A stretch of DNA of 64,000 bases, taken from contig OZ024746.1 of NCBI GenBank assembly GCA_964016885.1, positions 29,140,001-29,204,000 of the forward strand. Direction: 5' to 3'. Numbering within the stretch: position 1 is the first letter of the stretch; each line of letters begins with the position of its first letter. This DNA comes from Eledone cirrhosa. Taxonomy: Eukaryota. Shown here piece by piece: positions 29,053 through 42,597 of this stretch. Both the position numbers and the translations under genes were made by a program. Under the pieces are notes generated by a model. That model ran no database searches, was not told the DNA's origin, and saw nothing but the letters and a program-made list of their open reading frames with translations.

Positions 29053-31301
29053 CAATCAATATCTGTATATAATTATTTATTTATTTTACTACAAACTCGA
29101 CATTTTTCATAAAAATCTGATTATTTCTTCTCAGTGAATTCATTTCACACTAATTAGCTTTCATGGAATATTTCGGTTTATTTGAAATTTATTTTTAAAA
29201 TTTCCCCTGACATGTATATTCTGATAAAATTTCGTTTCTTACAGTTGTAAAACGTCAGGAATATTTAACACTTTTGATACTATATAACTCCAAACTACTC
29301 CTGATCCGATGGAACAACTTCAACCTTTTTAAACGGTTACAATTTAAATTAAAATCTTTCTGCAAGATTTTATATAAGAAACGTTTGTTAAATTATGTTA
29401 TATATGTCGTTTCAATAGTGAAATAATTCATGTCTTGTAAATCCCTCCAAATTCTTCATTAATCAGTTCAAATATTGAGTGTTTCATTAGAAATACGGTA
29501 AGGGAATATATAATGGGTGGAGTAGAAGTGTCAATTAGATGTTCTGTAGATCTTGACAGATATTTAGTACTTATTATCTCGTTCCAAAGGGTGGAATGAA
29601 AGACGAATATATCGTCAGCTGCTATTTGAACTTAGAACTTATGTAAAAGAGATCTAATTAATTACAACTACAGCCCTTATTCCAAACCTGTGTCAGTTTA
29701 TCAGTTTGCCCGACTTTATAAGAATTATCTAGAAACAAATCACGAAGTCGGCAATACTCTCTTATCTTCAGCTGTAATACTTACGAAGACACAAATGTTT
29801 TATTTAGAATCTGTGACATACGTTTCAAATGTACTGTAGAAGGGTGGCAATAATCATTCTAAAATGGCGTCATTCATGCACAGATATATATTAATTAACC
29901 TTGATCTCAGCAACTGAGTAGAAAATGTTTCACTGAGGAGGACATAGAAGACAGAAAGATATCTTACTTTCACCAGTTGACCTTTAAAGACCAGATCAAC
30001 TTCTACATACATTGTCTACATTTTCTAGTAATTAAATATTCGCTATCAACTTTAAAATAAATATTATTGCTTATAGAACTGTACTCATTAAACTTGATTG
30101 TCTTTTAGTTTGGCTCGTATTAAACTATAGCTGGACCTTTAAGTTTTGGGACTAAGCAAGAATATTCTAGAAGTTTTCAGTCACGTGTCAGCATATTATA
30201 AAACTAGACGAAAACATAAGCTATTGAGAAACCTTCCAAATTTCTCCTGAGTCCACGTTATTTTGATTCATATCTTGGCAAGTTCTTCCCACCAATGATT
30301 GCTTGTATCATGAATACTTTTGAAAACAAACATTTTCGTGCTCTTTGAATAACAGTGAATTCTAATTTCAACAGGTATGTATTGTTTTGCCTCGCATCCA
30401 TTAATATTTACAGCAAAAACTGTGCACACAGCATATTACGTTATTTTTTTTGTAATCAAAGTTGGATTATCTGTGTGTGTTATATTTACTACGAAGTAAA
30501 GTTACATTTATATTATGTAATGTAAATAAAGAGAATTACATTCTGCACACTTTTTTGTTTTGGCGTTTGTTTGTTATTTCATTGACTGTTTATTTGGCTT
30601 TTCTGATTTTACTTTCGTTCATTTGCACTATAGATTTAGAGACAAATGTGTCAGCTGGTAGTTTCAAATTTAAAAGCTGATGAAATTTCACCCGCGGGCT
30701 ACGGTTTCTCCCCCACTGAGATAGAATATATATATATATATATATATATATAGGAAAGCGATGTGTATTTATCTATTAAGAATAAAGAGCTTGCTTCGTG
30801 AAATGTTAGATAAGTGTGAAAAGACATCCATTAACTTGAAATTACTAACTCTAAATTTAGTTAGATGATCATCTATTGGGAATTAAAGAGTTTAGGAGCA
30901 AAACTTCAGAGAAAATGGTTAGGAATATCTGAAAGTAATATTCTTTATGTTAACAGTAATGCAGTAATGGCGATGTAGATGTACATGTACACTTGGTAAA
31001 TGGTAAAAGGAATCAGACAAACGTTGGCACAAATTAAAAACCAGAAACCGAGCGATAGGAAATTAAATTTAAAATGAGAGAAAAAACACGCACACGTAAT
31101 AATATAAACAGGTAAACAGAAGAGAAGAGGTAAAATATCTGAGTAGTTTTAGCTGTGAATGATTCACATACTGAGAATACATAGTTTCAATACATCTTAT
31201 TTCAATGGAAGATACTTTTATGAAAGAACAAAATAGAGTAAATATGATGTTTTTATATATATATACAGTATATATATACAGTATATATATATATATATAC
31301 A

Positions 31302-31355
<54 letters not shown>

Positions 31356-31482
31356 CAAGGAAATAACAAACAGAGGTACAAAAAGTATTATTAGTTTCAC
31401 GCTTTATATGGAAAAGTGAAAAGAAAGTTCGACGTGTCGGGCTTTAGCCCGTCTTCAGGAGTACACAATTTGAGACAGGATC

Positions 31483-31546
<64 letters not shown>

Positions 31547-31882
31547 ATAATAATAAATTTGAAGATCCCATTAAGGGTGAAAGCAGCGATTCTTTGCTTA
31601 AACGTTAATCTGTTATTTTAATAAATATATATATATATATATATTTCAAAATTGTAAGAAAGTCGAGGATAAGAAACTATCATTTATTCGTACATGTCAA
31701 CGAACCTTTCAATGCGGCCAGAATATCACATCCATTTTCAGAACAACTAAAGATTACTATTCAATAATTATTTCCATTGTGGGTGCTTTATCTCATCCGT
31801 GTATTGATCTTATCTCATCTTACCAAAGAAAATAGTGAAGTACAACACTATAACCACATATATTGTATTTTATATATATATA

Positions 31883-32070
31883 GGGCGGTGGATTGGCAGT
31901 ATCGGTAGAGGGTCGGACGCCATGCTTTCCAGCATAGTTACGTCCCTTTACGGTCTGAGTTCAAATCCCGCCGAGGTTAACTTTGCCTTTCATCCTTACG
32001 GGGTCGATAAAATAAAGTACCAGTAATGTACTGGGTAATTGATGGCCTTATGCCAAAAGTGGAAACAATT
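31883..32070 (+). mobile_element. Dominant SINE. Further copies at ~11710-11839, 36942-37127, 41905-42096, 42767-42944, 50752-50926, 52515-53135 and 62078-62265
   Basis: Near-identical ~185-bp consensus. Confidence 0.85.
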
Positions 32071-32135
32071 ATATATATATATATATGTATGTATCAGTTG
32101 AAAATAACATATGGATTAAATAAAACACGGAAAAG

Positions 32136-32184
<49 letters not shown>

Positions 32185-32542
32185 TGTGTATGTGTGTACC
32201 CTGGTCTCTGTGTTCTGAGTTTAGATTATAACCTGTTCAAATAGAAAGTGTTTGAAGCTTGTGAGAGAACGAAATTTTAAAGTGGCTTTTGTTTTTCTTG
32301 AATCTTAAAGTACATTTAATATTTGTCTGGTGAAACCTGAGAAATACTTGCTTCACTGATGGATAACATTGAAAGGGCAACGAATTTATATTAATATATT
32401 ATATTCTCATGTATTATTCTATGTCTATTTCTATCAAAGGATATTTATCTTATTCCCAATTTATATATATATTTCAATGTATTTCAATGTAGTCTACTGT
32501 TGGTTGTATTCTCTTTTTCATGTAACACCTTTCTTCTCGTCG

Positions 32543-32687
<145 letters not shown>

Positions 32688-32875
32688 CAAAGGAATTGTG
32701 GTAAGGAACCAGATGGACCATAACGCACCAGAGTACTCAATACTTAGGGTAGTAGAGTGGGAAATAAGAAAAAGTATGACCCCGACGGCAGAGCTCAAGC
32801 CGTTTCGACGGCTATTTCAGTCCAGAAATAGCCGTCGAAACGGCTTGAGCTCTGCCGTCGGGGTCATACCTTTTT

Positions 32876-32960
<85 letters not shown>

Positions 32961-33269
32961 TTGGGCAGGACACTTTATTTCACGTTGCTCCTTCTACCTG
33001 GAGTTGCGACCGATAGATAGTATTAGCAATTGGAAAGACCAATGGAAACATTGTTTCCTCGGTCCGATTTGACGAAAGTCAATCGACTAAAAAATAAAAT
33101 ATCGCAAACTAATTCTGTGGCTAACTAAACACACGGCTAACAAAACATGTGACTACGTAAACTCATTACGAACTAAACACATGGTTATCTAAACATATGA
33201 CTAACTAAACAGAAGACTAACTAAATCAAGACTAATTAATCAAGACTAACTAAACACAAAAGCCTTTCG

Positions 33270-33570
33270 ATTGATCCAAATTGGTCAGAGTACCACCAAA
33301 GGCAGGTTTATATCCTACCCTTTCTATGACGCATCGCAATCGGTGAAGGTTGTCGTTTATGGACCTGGTCGGGATTGTGCACGACTGCACCTCTCCTCCT
33401 ACCACTCTCTCGACAAGCTCCAACCTCGTTGGACATAATCTTTAACTTTGTGTTTAGCAGAGTTATGGGCCTGGAGCTGTCTAAAACATCTCGCTTCTTC
33501 TCGTTTTTCCACACCAGCGTTACTATGCGCCGACACAGAGAACTGGGAATATTCCCGTTCTGCTACCAAC
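33270..33570 (-). mobile_element. Degraded L1/Tx1-like RT fragment
   Basis: RPITLLNTKLKI motif, homologous to the 4.9-kb fragment. Confidence 0.55.
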
Positions 33571-35059
33571 TGATAAAGCGTGACAAAGAAAGGAACGGAG
33601 AAATTATATATATTTAAGATAGATATGACCTACTGCCAAGCTTTAATTCCTTCAAATTTTGTATTATTTTCAAAATAAATTGAAATACATAAATCAATGT
33701 ATTTCATTAAAAATATGGTAACAAAGTATTAACATTAAGTTTATCATTAAGTTTATGACTAACGGAGTTGAGTAGAGCAGCTGTGTTGAAAGATAATAAG
33801 AATTAATATTTGTCTATATCCCTGTAGATTTGCTATCCTACATACAAGAACAATAAATAATTGTAAACATAAAAGTACATAGAATCTGTTTATAGAGACA
33901 GATTTTTAACGGGAAAAGAAATATATTTCTCTGTGGTATTCACTGTCAACTGACTGGCGCTGTAAATACAAGAAATATATCATTTGTTAAGAGAAGAACT
34001 AGGCATTGAATTAGCTGAGTTATATCGGATAGATTACTTTGCAATATTCTTTCTAGTTCTTTTTGTTCTCATTTCAAATCCTGCTGAGAAAGAGAAAAAG
34101 AGAGAGAATCTCTCTCGTTCTCTCTTTCCATCTCTTTCTCTGGAAGAAATCAGCTGTGTTTAGACACACGGAGGGACAGACACCGCCAGGTTTCAGAAGT
34201 GTCTTAGCCATGTTATCACGTCGATGCTCCTACAACCCCATCCGTAGTTATGAGTTTACGGCCATGGTTAAACCTATGCAGATGTGAACTGTAACAACAA
34301 GAAGTCCACTACAACTTCACACCCCTAACCATAATTCCACTCCTATAACTCACCCTACTACAGCATATCCTATCCTTAAGTCTACTTCTAAATCTCTCAC
34401 TACTGTGAAAGTACATGTCTTCTTGAGCAAATACTTTATTTCACGTTGCCTTACATGATATGACAGGGATTCCGATCATTAAAACAGACAAGACACCGTA
34501 TATGAAATACAATCTCGTTGGAGGCCAGATAAACCTACATAGGCGTGAGGTGTAATAACATGATAGAACAGGGTTCTTATCATTAAAACACACAAGAAAC
34601 CTCCTATGAGATATAATCCCGTAGAAGCCTGCTAAACCTACATAGGTGTGAGGTGTAACAAGTTCCTCACTTCATCACACCCAAACCATAAGTTTACTCC
34701 ATATCGTCTACCCCACCTTAACCATATGTCTACTCCTACACGTCCCCTAACTCTAATAATAATTCTACACCCCACCCTAAGTCTACTGTCAACAAGACTA
34801 ATCACTCGTTGATGAATATCCTTGATTAGGAACACTTCCAACTATTGCCGCCATTATTCATCACACTTTGTGTTCGATAAACAGATTACTGATTGATTTA
34901 AATCTATAGAACAGATTGAAGAAAGGAGGGGGTTGCTGAGATGAGACAGAGAGAGAGTGGGGAGAGAGAGAAGATTGAGGGAGGAACAGAGAAAGAGAGA
35001 GAGGAGTAAAAGTATAATTGACACAAGCGAGCGAGAGAGGGAGAAAGTGGGAGAGAGAG

Positions 35060-35061
35060 TG

Positions 35062-35110
<49 letters not shown>

Positions 35111-35164
35111 GTGTGTGTGTGTGTGCGCGTGCGTGCGTGCGTGTGTGTGTGTGTGTGTGTGTTT

Positions 35165-35195
<31 letters not shown>

Positions 35196-35237
35196 CGTGT
35201 GTGTGTGTGTGCGTGTGTGTGCGCGCGTGTGTGTGTG

Positions 35238-35269
<32 letters not shown>

Positions 35270-35277
35270 TTCGTGTG

Positions 35278-35345
<68 letters not shown>
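35060..35345. repeat. Long (GT/GC)n microsatellite
   Basis: Direct inspection. Confidence 0.95.
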
Positions 35346-35347
<2 letters not shown>

Positions 35348-35856
35348 GTAGATTAACGAAGAAGTGAAGTTATAATGACAAAGTACTAACTATAATCTGG
35401 AATAACGATCTAGGGAGTGAGATAGCGACATTAAGTCTCCTCGGCACACACACACACACACACACACGTACGCACACACACTCACACTTCTTAGTTCTTA
35501 GGTTCAATTGAAATTGCCCTGATTAACAATATGCTAATGTGAAACTAAATTGTTGAAGTTTTAAAAGAGAATTAGTCTAGAAAGTTATCAAAATCCAACC
35601 GACTTTTAGCGATGCTGTTTCCGTATTCTTGGGTTTAATTGAGATATTAATCTATAGATTACAAAAATATTGGTGGTGGTGTGAGGACAAGAATATGACA
35701 GTGTTGAACAATATTCTTCATCATGTTACATTTTATGTACACAGAGGTGGGCTGGTCATATAGGCATGAATGCAATGTCCAGTGGACCACTGAGCTGGGT
35801 AAAAACAAAAGAAAAAAAAACTAGAAAATGGGAAAATGTAACAAAAACCTTACGTC

Positions 35857-36440
35857 ATAGCTGAGCAGTGAAAACACATCTCTGAACCTCAGCAGTTTGT
35901 TAGTCAGTGTCACATTAGCTAAGCAGCGAAATCACATCTCTGAACCTCAGCAGTCTGTTAGCCAATGTCACCTTAGCTGAGCAGTGAAAACACATCTCTG
36001 AACCTCAGTAGTTTGTTAGTCAGTGTCACCTTAGCTGAGCAGTGAAAACACATCTCTAAACCTCAGCAGTCAGTTAGTCAGTGTCACCTTAGCTGAACAG
36101 TGAAAACACATCTCTGAACCTCAGCAGTCTGTTAGTCAGTGTCACATTAGCTGAGCAGTGAAAACACATCTCTGAACCTCAGCAGTCTGTTAGTCAGTGT
36201 CACATTAGCTGAGCAGTGAAAACACATCTCTGAACCTCAGCAGTCTGTTAGTCAGTGTCACCTTAGCTGAGCAGTGAAAACACATCTCTGAACCTCAGCA
36301 GTCTGTTAGTCAGTGTCACATTAGCTGAGCAGTGAAAACACATCTCTGAACCTCAGCAGTCTGTTAGCCAATATCACCTTAACAGAGCAGTGGAAACACA
36401 CCACTTGCCATCAATAGTCAGCAGTCTGTTAGTCAGTGTC
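35857..36440. repeat. 58-bp minisatellite, ~10 copies
   Basis: ttagctgagcagtgaaaacacatctctgaacctcagcagtctgttagtcagtgtcac(a/c) units. Confidence 0.9.
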
Positions 36441-37291
36441 TGCCAGATGCTCTGGCCAGTTTTATGACTAGGTCAGCTTCTGGATGTACTCCAGATACTC
36501 ACACAGTCAATGCCTCGTTGATAATTCTGACCTTATTCCAAAATTCATCTCATATGTTACTGGTGTCTTAACAGTGTTATGTTTCAATGTTATACTGTAT
36601 TACAGAATATATCTATAAATCTTAGTCATCATTGTGTATATGTATGTATGGTCCAGTAACTCTTGAGGGAGTCATGAGGGCACCGTATACAACGTTTCTT
36701 GGGCATTTTAAGCCTGGTGGAGCCCATCTCTCTCCATGAATGAATACAGCAGATTTCTTCCAGAGAAAGATAGAAAGTGAGAGAGAGAAAATGAGAAAGA
36801 GATATAGAGGAAGAACCAACCACTAGACTGAAAGGCAAAATTGACCTCGGCGGGATTTGAACTCTGAGCACAAAGATATTGTACATACAATTTTTTATAT
36901 TTGTTTATATATACATTGTTGGCTGAAAATCTGTTGATATATTTGTTTCTACATTAGGCACAAGGCCAGCAAATACCCAGTTCATTACTGGTACTTTATT
37001 TTATCGACCCCGTAAGGATGAAAGGCAAAATCAACCTCGGCGGGATTTGAACTCAGATCGTAAAGGGACGTAACTATGCTGGAAAGCATGGCGTCCGACC
37101 CTCTACAGATACTGCCAATCCACCGCCGTTGATATATTGTGTAGTAAAGTGTGTATTTTAAATATAACACACACACATACAGAAAGACAAGGTGTATACA
37201 TCTATCTATACATAGTACAGCACTGGCTAATATGTATAGATATACGTTATACTACAGTATAGCATTGATATATAATGCGGTTAAGATATCG

Positions 37292-37326
<35 letters not shown>

Positions 37327-37499
37327 CGGAAGAAATGTGGTAAGGAACCAGGTGGACCATAACGCACCAAAGTACTCAATACTTAGGGTAGTAGAGTGGG
37401 TAATAGGAACGAGTTGGACCCCGACGGCTGAGCTCAAGCCGTTTCGACGGCTAATTCCGTCGAAACGGCTTGAGCTCAGCCGTCGGGGTCCAACTCGTT

Positions 37500-37572
<73 letters not shown>

Positions 37573-38087
37573 GTGTTTTGCAACGGGTCACTTTGTGGCT
37601 CAATGAAAAGTTAATAAATTAAATAATCAGAGCTATATATCATAAAACATGTCTATAGAATCACCAGATAAAATATATACCATATACTAATTGGAAGAGG
37701 AAATGATATATATTTTATCTGGTGATTCTATAGATATGTTTTATGATATATATATATATATATATAAAATATTATAAAAAGGAATAATAGATACAATATA
37801 CCTATTTTTTCCATTATTGTCTCTAACTCCCTCACGGTAGAGTAACCACGGAAGTATAGTGACTGCTTTCAAGCAAACACTATATACACTTCTAGTCAAC
37901 CTTACCACCCCTCTGTAGCCTATGTATCATATCAATATCTCCCTCCGCCTTCTGAGATATTTTCACTGCTACAAGGGATTAATCCCCTTTCTTGACCGGT
38001 GTATCACGTGATAGAGTCTCCCTCCGCCTTTCTGAGATTTTCTCGCATGCTACGGACGTATGTAGTTAGGGCTCTTCCCTGAGGTGC

Positions 38088-38178
38088 TCTCTTGATAAGC
38101 TGGCTTACCTCACAACAATGTTATATATCTATGATATAACATTCTTGCATAGTGACCAGCGAAACTGTACAGTCGGGA
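38088..38178 (+). ncRNA. HHR fold with U3-A8 core variant
   Basis: tctc-TTGATAA-gctgg...ccagc-GAAA-ctgtacag-TC-ggga; palindromic stem III, GUC site. Confidence 0.65.
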
Positions 38179-38402
38179 CATAGGGACAACAATAGGTATA
38201 TTGTATCTATTATTCCTTTTTATAATATTTTACATAACTCTGATATTGTGTCAATTTAATTATTTCGATTATTTTGTCTCTCATAATCATAGAGTAACAC
38301 TGGTTAAGGTCGACAACATACAATCTCACATACTTGTGAAAAATATATGTTTATATATACATGTATATGTATGTATACACATATATTTGTATACCTCTCA
38401 TT

Positions 38403-38472
<70 letters not shown>

Positions 38473-38646
38473 AAAAGAGTCATGACCCCGACGGTTGAGC
38501 TCCGGCCGTTTCGACGGCTAGATCCGAAACGGCCGGAGCTCAGCCGTCGGGGTCCTAACTCTTTTCTTATTACCCACTCTACTACCCTAAGTATCGAGTA
38601 CTCTGGTGCGTTATGGTCCACCTAGTATCTTACCATACCTTCTTTG

Positions 38647-38680
<34 letters not shown>

Positions 38681-38983
38681 CTACCAAAATATACGGTAGT
38701 GTCCAATCCGTATGAAGAACTCAATGTAATCCAAGTATCATGAAAAGAGAAGATACATTCAAAAATTTTCGATAAAAATCATAGGAAAACAGAGTCAAGA
38801 TAAATTAATAAAAACAATGATATATTGTATATGTGAAGGTATGTATATTTCCTCTGATAATTTGTAATATATTTTTACATAGATCTATATGATATACATA
38901 CCATCACACATATACATCCCAGAAACGATCGTAAATATTTGTTTCTTTAATATAAGGAACTTGTTCTTTGTTTTTATTTCATT

Positions 38984-39054
<71 letters not shown>

Positions 39055-39080
39055 CTACTATAGTGCTATTGGTAGTGTCG

Positions 39081-39111
<31 letters not shown>

Positions 39112-39457
39112 GTAGATAAATCTACCAAGAGTTTACGGTAGTGTCCAATCCGTATGAAGAACTCAATGTATTCCGGATATCATGGAAAGAAGAGATGCAA
39201 TGAAAAATCACTTTCGGTGAAAGATAAACGGAATACAGAGTCAAGATAAAATATTAAACAAATAATGAATAAAACAATGAAACAGTTCCTTATATTAAAC
39301 AAAAAAAGTTCATTATTTAACAATCGTTTCTAGGATATATATGTGTTAGAATTGGCATGCATATTCAACAGATCTATGTACAAAATTATACAAAATTATA
39401 CAAACTATCAAGATTAAATATACATACCAAACACACATATATGCCGTCTTCAGAAAT

Positions 39458-39606
39458 ATTATTTCTGAAGACGGCATATATGTGTGTTTGGTATGTATAT
39501 TTAATCTTGATAGTTTGTATAATTTTGTATAATTTTGTACATAGATCTGTTGAATATGCATGCCAATTCTAACACATATATATCCTAGAAACGATCGTTA
39601 AATAAT
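39458..39606 (+). ncRNA. Type I hammerhead ribozyme fold with long stem II
   Basis: Stem I attattt/aaataat, core CTGAAGA at 39465, long stem II, GAAA at 39588, palindromic stem III ACGATCGT, predicted cleavage after 39599 (GUU). Confidence 0.75.
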
Positions 39607-39669
39607 GAACTTTTTTTGTTTAATATAAGGAACTGTTTCATTGTTTTATTCATTATTTGTTTAATATTT

Positions 39670-39737
<68 letters not shown>

Positions 39738-39738
<1 letters not shown>

Positions 39739-40572
39739 GAGGTGTGTCAGAAAAGATTTATTTCAAACCCAAACTTCACACTAAGAGTTTTCTCCTTCAA
39801 AGTAATCCCCCTGGAGTCTAATACACTTTTCCATCCTTTTCTGCCACGCGTGCATGCTCTCCTGGAAGGATTCTTCCGGGATCCTCCGCAGTTCCGTCGT
39901 CACGGCGTTTTTGACGTCGTCCACGTCTTCAAAATGGGTCCCTTCCGGGTCGTACTCGAAGATCCATGACTCATCACCGGTGATCACTGTGCCTAGCAAA
40001 TCTGGTTCGGTTTCAAGCCGCTCGAGGATGTCCTGGGACACTTGCATGCGTCGACCCTTCTGGTCATCGTTCAGCAGTTTTGGCACCATCTCCGCGCAGA
40101 CTTTCCGCATGTCCAAATCTTCAGTGAGAATCTTCCAGACGCTGTCCCGATTCATGCCCAGCTCATTTGCCATCAGTCGAACAGTCAGCCGACGATCGCT
40201 ACGCACCATCTGCCTGGCGCGCTCAACGTTGACCTCAGTCCCGGTTGTTGCACCACTCAAAAACACGTGAGCGTGACATCGTCTCATCTCCATACACTTG
40301 CTGCAGCAATCCCAGTGCTTCTGACGAAGTTTTCCCCAACCGTACCAGAAACTTCAAGTTTGTTCGTTGCTCTGTGCTCATTGCTTGACGACCTGAAACA
40401 GGGGACATGTATATAAAATTACGAAGAAAAAAGTTAGATCGCTGCAGAGGGCTAAGATTACAGTTACATACTCCAGGGGGATTACTTTGAAAGAGAAAAC
40501 TCTTAGTGTGAAGTTTGGATTTGAAATAAATCTTTTGTGACATCAGTCCTGGAACTTTTCTGACACACCTCG
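39738..40572 (-). mobile_element. Internally deleted mariner element
   Basis: TIR cgaggtgtgtcagaaaag at both ends with TA flanks. Transposase pieces EQRTNLKFLVRLGK, VCAEMVPKLL, VITGDESWIFEYDPE and KCIRLQGDYFE are present. Confidence 0.9.
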
Positions 40573-41400
40573 TATATATATATATATATATATATATACA
40601 TACATATTAGGGCGGCCCTTAGCAATAGGTTAATTTTCCGAAAGTTAAAACTTTGCTGCTCCCATCCGCTAATCCTGTTCCAATCAACGGAAAAACGAGG
40701 TGTGCAAAATTTCAACTCAATCGGACAACTCTTAGGTGACACTCAAACGCCTAGAATTTAGAACATAGTATACGCAATGATTAATTCTGTTCAAAAGCGG
40801 TATACTGTTCCCTATCTCGACCATTTTCTTTTTTCTTCTTATAGAAATTTATGTGGACGCATCCAGGTAACCCCAGCAAATGTATACATATACATTATAT
40901 ATATATATATATAACCACATACTGATATATGTATATATGCTCCTCTCCTCCTCATCATCCAATTCCTCTCCTTCCCCTTCCTCTTCTACGTCACCCCTTC
41001 CCATCCACCCCTCCTCTACTACCCCCCCCCCCCCCCTGCTCTCCTTCCTCTCCTTTTTCCTTACACTCCTTGCTCTCCTTTTATACTTGCTCTCGTTGCT
41101 CTCCTTCTAACTTTACTCTCCTTGCTCTCTTTTCTCTTCCCTCTCCTTGTTCTCCTTTTATACTTGCTCTCATTGCTCTCCTTACTCTTCTTTTCTCCTT
41201 TTCTTCTTGTACTTGTTTATATATAAATACAATGAGAAATGAGGAACAAGGAGAAATATGAAAGCAAGGATAGTAAGGAGAGTATATATATATACATATC
41301 ATATATATATATCATCATCATCATCATCTGTATAGATATATTACTCAATACTGAGTACTCATTTCTCTCAGCTGTCAACTACATACCGATATATGTATAT

Positions 41401-41759
41401 TAGGGTGGCCCTTAGCAATAGGTAATTTTCTGAAAGTTAAAATTTTACTGCTCTCATAGCGGAAAATAGGTGTTTAACCTATATCTGCACTTTGACACCA
41501 GCTTTGCAAGTTGCCTTCCCCATTATATTTATTGTCACTTATCCTTCTAATACCATGAATAAGTCTGAACAAGTTTTTAACTTAAGAGAAAATTATATAA
41601 GAGATAAAAAAATTTTATCTAGGAAAAATTACTTTCCGGGCGAAAACTTCAAAATTCCACGGTCGATGAGGGTCGCCTTGCAGTCGTCTGCTTGAGCTAC
41701 AATTTTGTTTTTTTTGTTAATTGGAGCTAAACTAGAAAGTTGAAAGGGCCACCCCTTAT
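41401..41759. mobile_element. TA-flanked MITE (second partial copy at ~40608-40740)
   Basis: TIR tagggtggccctt / aagggccacccct. Confidence 0.55.
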
Positions 41760-41763
41760 ATAT

Positions 41764-41814
<51 letters not shown>

Positions 41815-42381
41815 TGTACAAGGGTAAAAATATATAACTCAATTTGCATGTAGAGAGGTATATATTGCGAAATAGTTTTAGACAGAGCTCAATGTGTTTA
41901 TGTAATAATTGTTTCTACTTTTGGCAAAAGGCCAGCAATTACCCAATGCATTACTGGTACTTTATTCTATCGACCCCGGAAGGATGAAAGGCAAAGTTAA
42001 CCTCAGCGGGATTTGAACTCAGATCATACAGGGAGGTAACTCTATGCTTCAAAGCATGGCATCCGATCCTCTACCGATTCTGCCAATCCACCGCCTTCTA
42101 ATAATGGTTGGAATAATAAGAGATACATTTAAGGAAAAGGTTACAGAAAAATAGACATAAACACAGAGCATATATATACAAATAAAGAGATGGAATCAAA
42201 ATTCGAAACTGGTTTAATGCATTTGATTCAATCTCTTTATTTGTTTATGTGTGTATATATATATATATATATAACAGTTAAAGTTCTATATTTAGATATA
42301 TATATAACGGTTCAAGTTTTCCAAGGAAAACTTGAACCGGTAAGGTCCTTGGTTATGTCAAAATTTATAAAACAAACTTTG

Positions 42382-42442
42382 TATTTTATCTGATGAGAGC
42401 GTACCAAAGTTTTGGTACCCTTGAAATATATATAATAGAATA
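42382..42442 (+). ncRNA. Type I hammerhead ribozyme fold
   Basis: Stem I tattttat/atagaata, core CTGATGA at 42390, stem II gagcgtacca/tggtaccctt, GAAA at 42423, palindromic stem III ATATATAT, AUA site. Confidence 0.7.
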
Positions 42443-42597
42443 AATATGGTTTTATAAATGCAGTTTCCATTTATTTAATATCATTGAATAATATACTCCA
42501 GAAAACTTGTCGAGTGCTCTGAATTAGTTATAAACATTTATATTTGTTGAATTACCAACAAATTGAATATCCCTTTTGCTTATATATATATATATAT

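Noticed and set aside
31559-31745. HHR-like TTGAAGA..GAAA (+) and CTGAAAA..GAAA (-)
   Set aside because: The 3-8 pair is not Watson-Crick and stems I and III are not convincing; too degenerate to call.
31883-31980. tRNA gene
   Set aside because: The A and B boxes belong to SINE heads; there is no cloverleaf.
35857-36440. Regular arrays (also 57200-57997) as CRISPR candidates
   Set aside because: The units are fully repeated with no unique spacers, the context is eukaryotic, and there are no cas genes.
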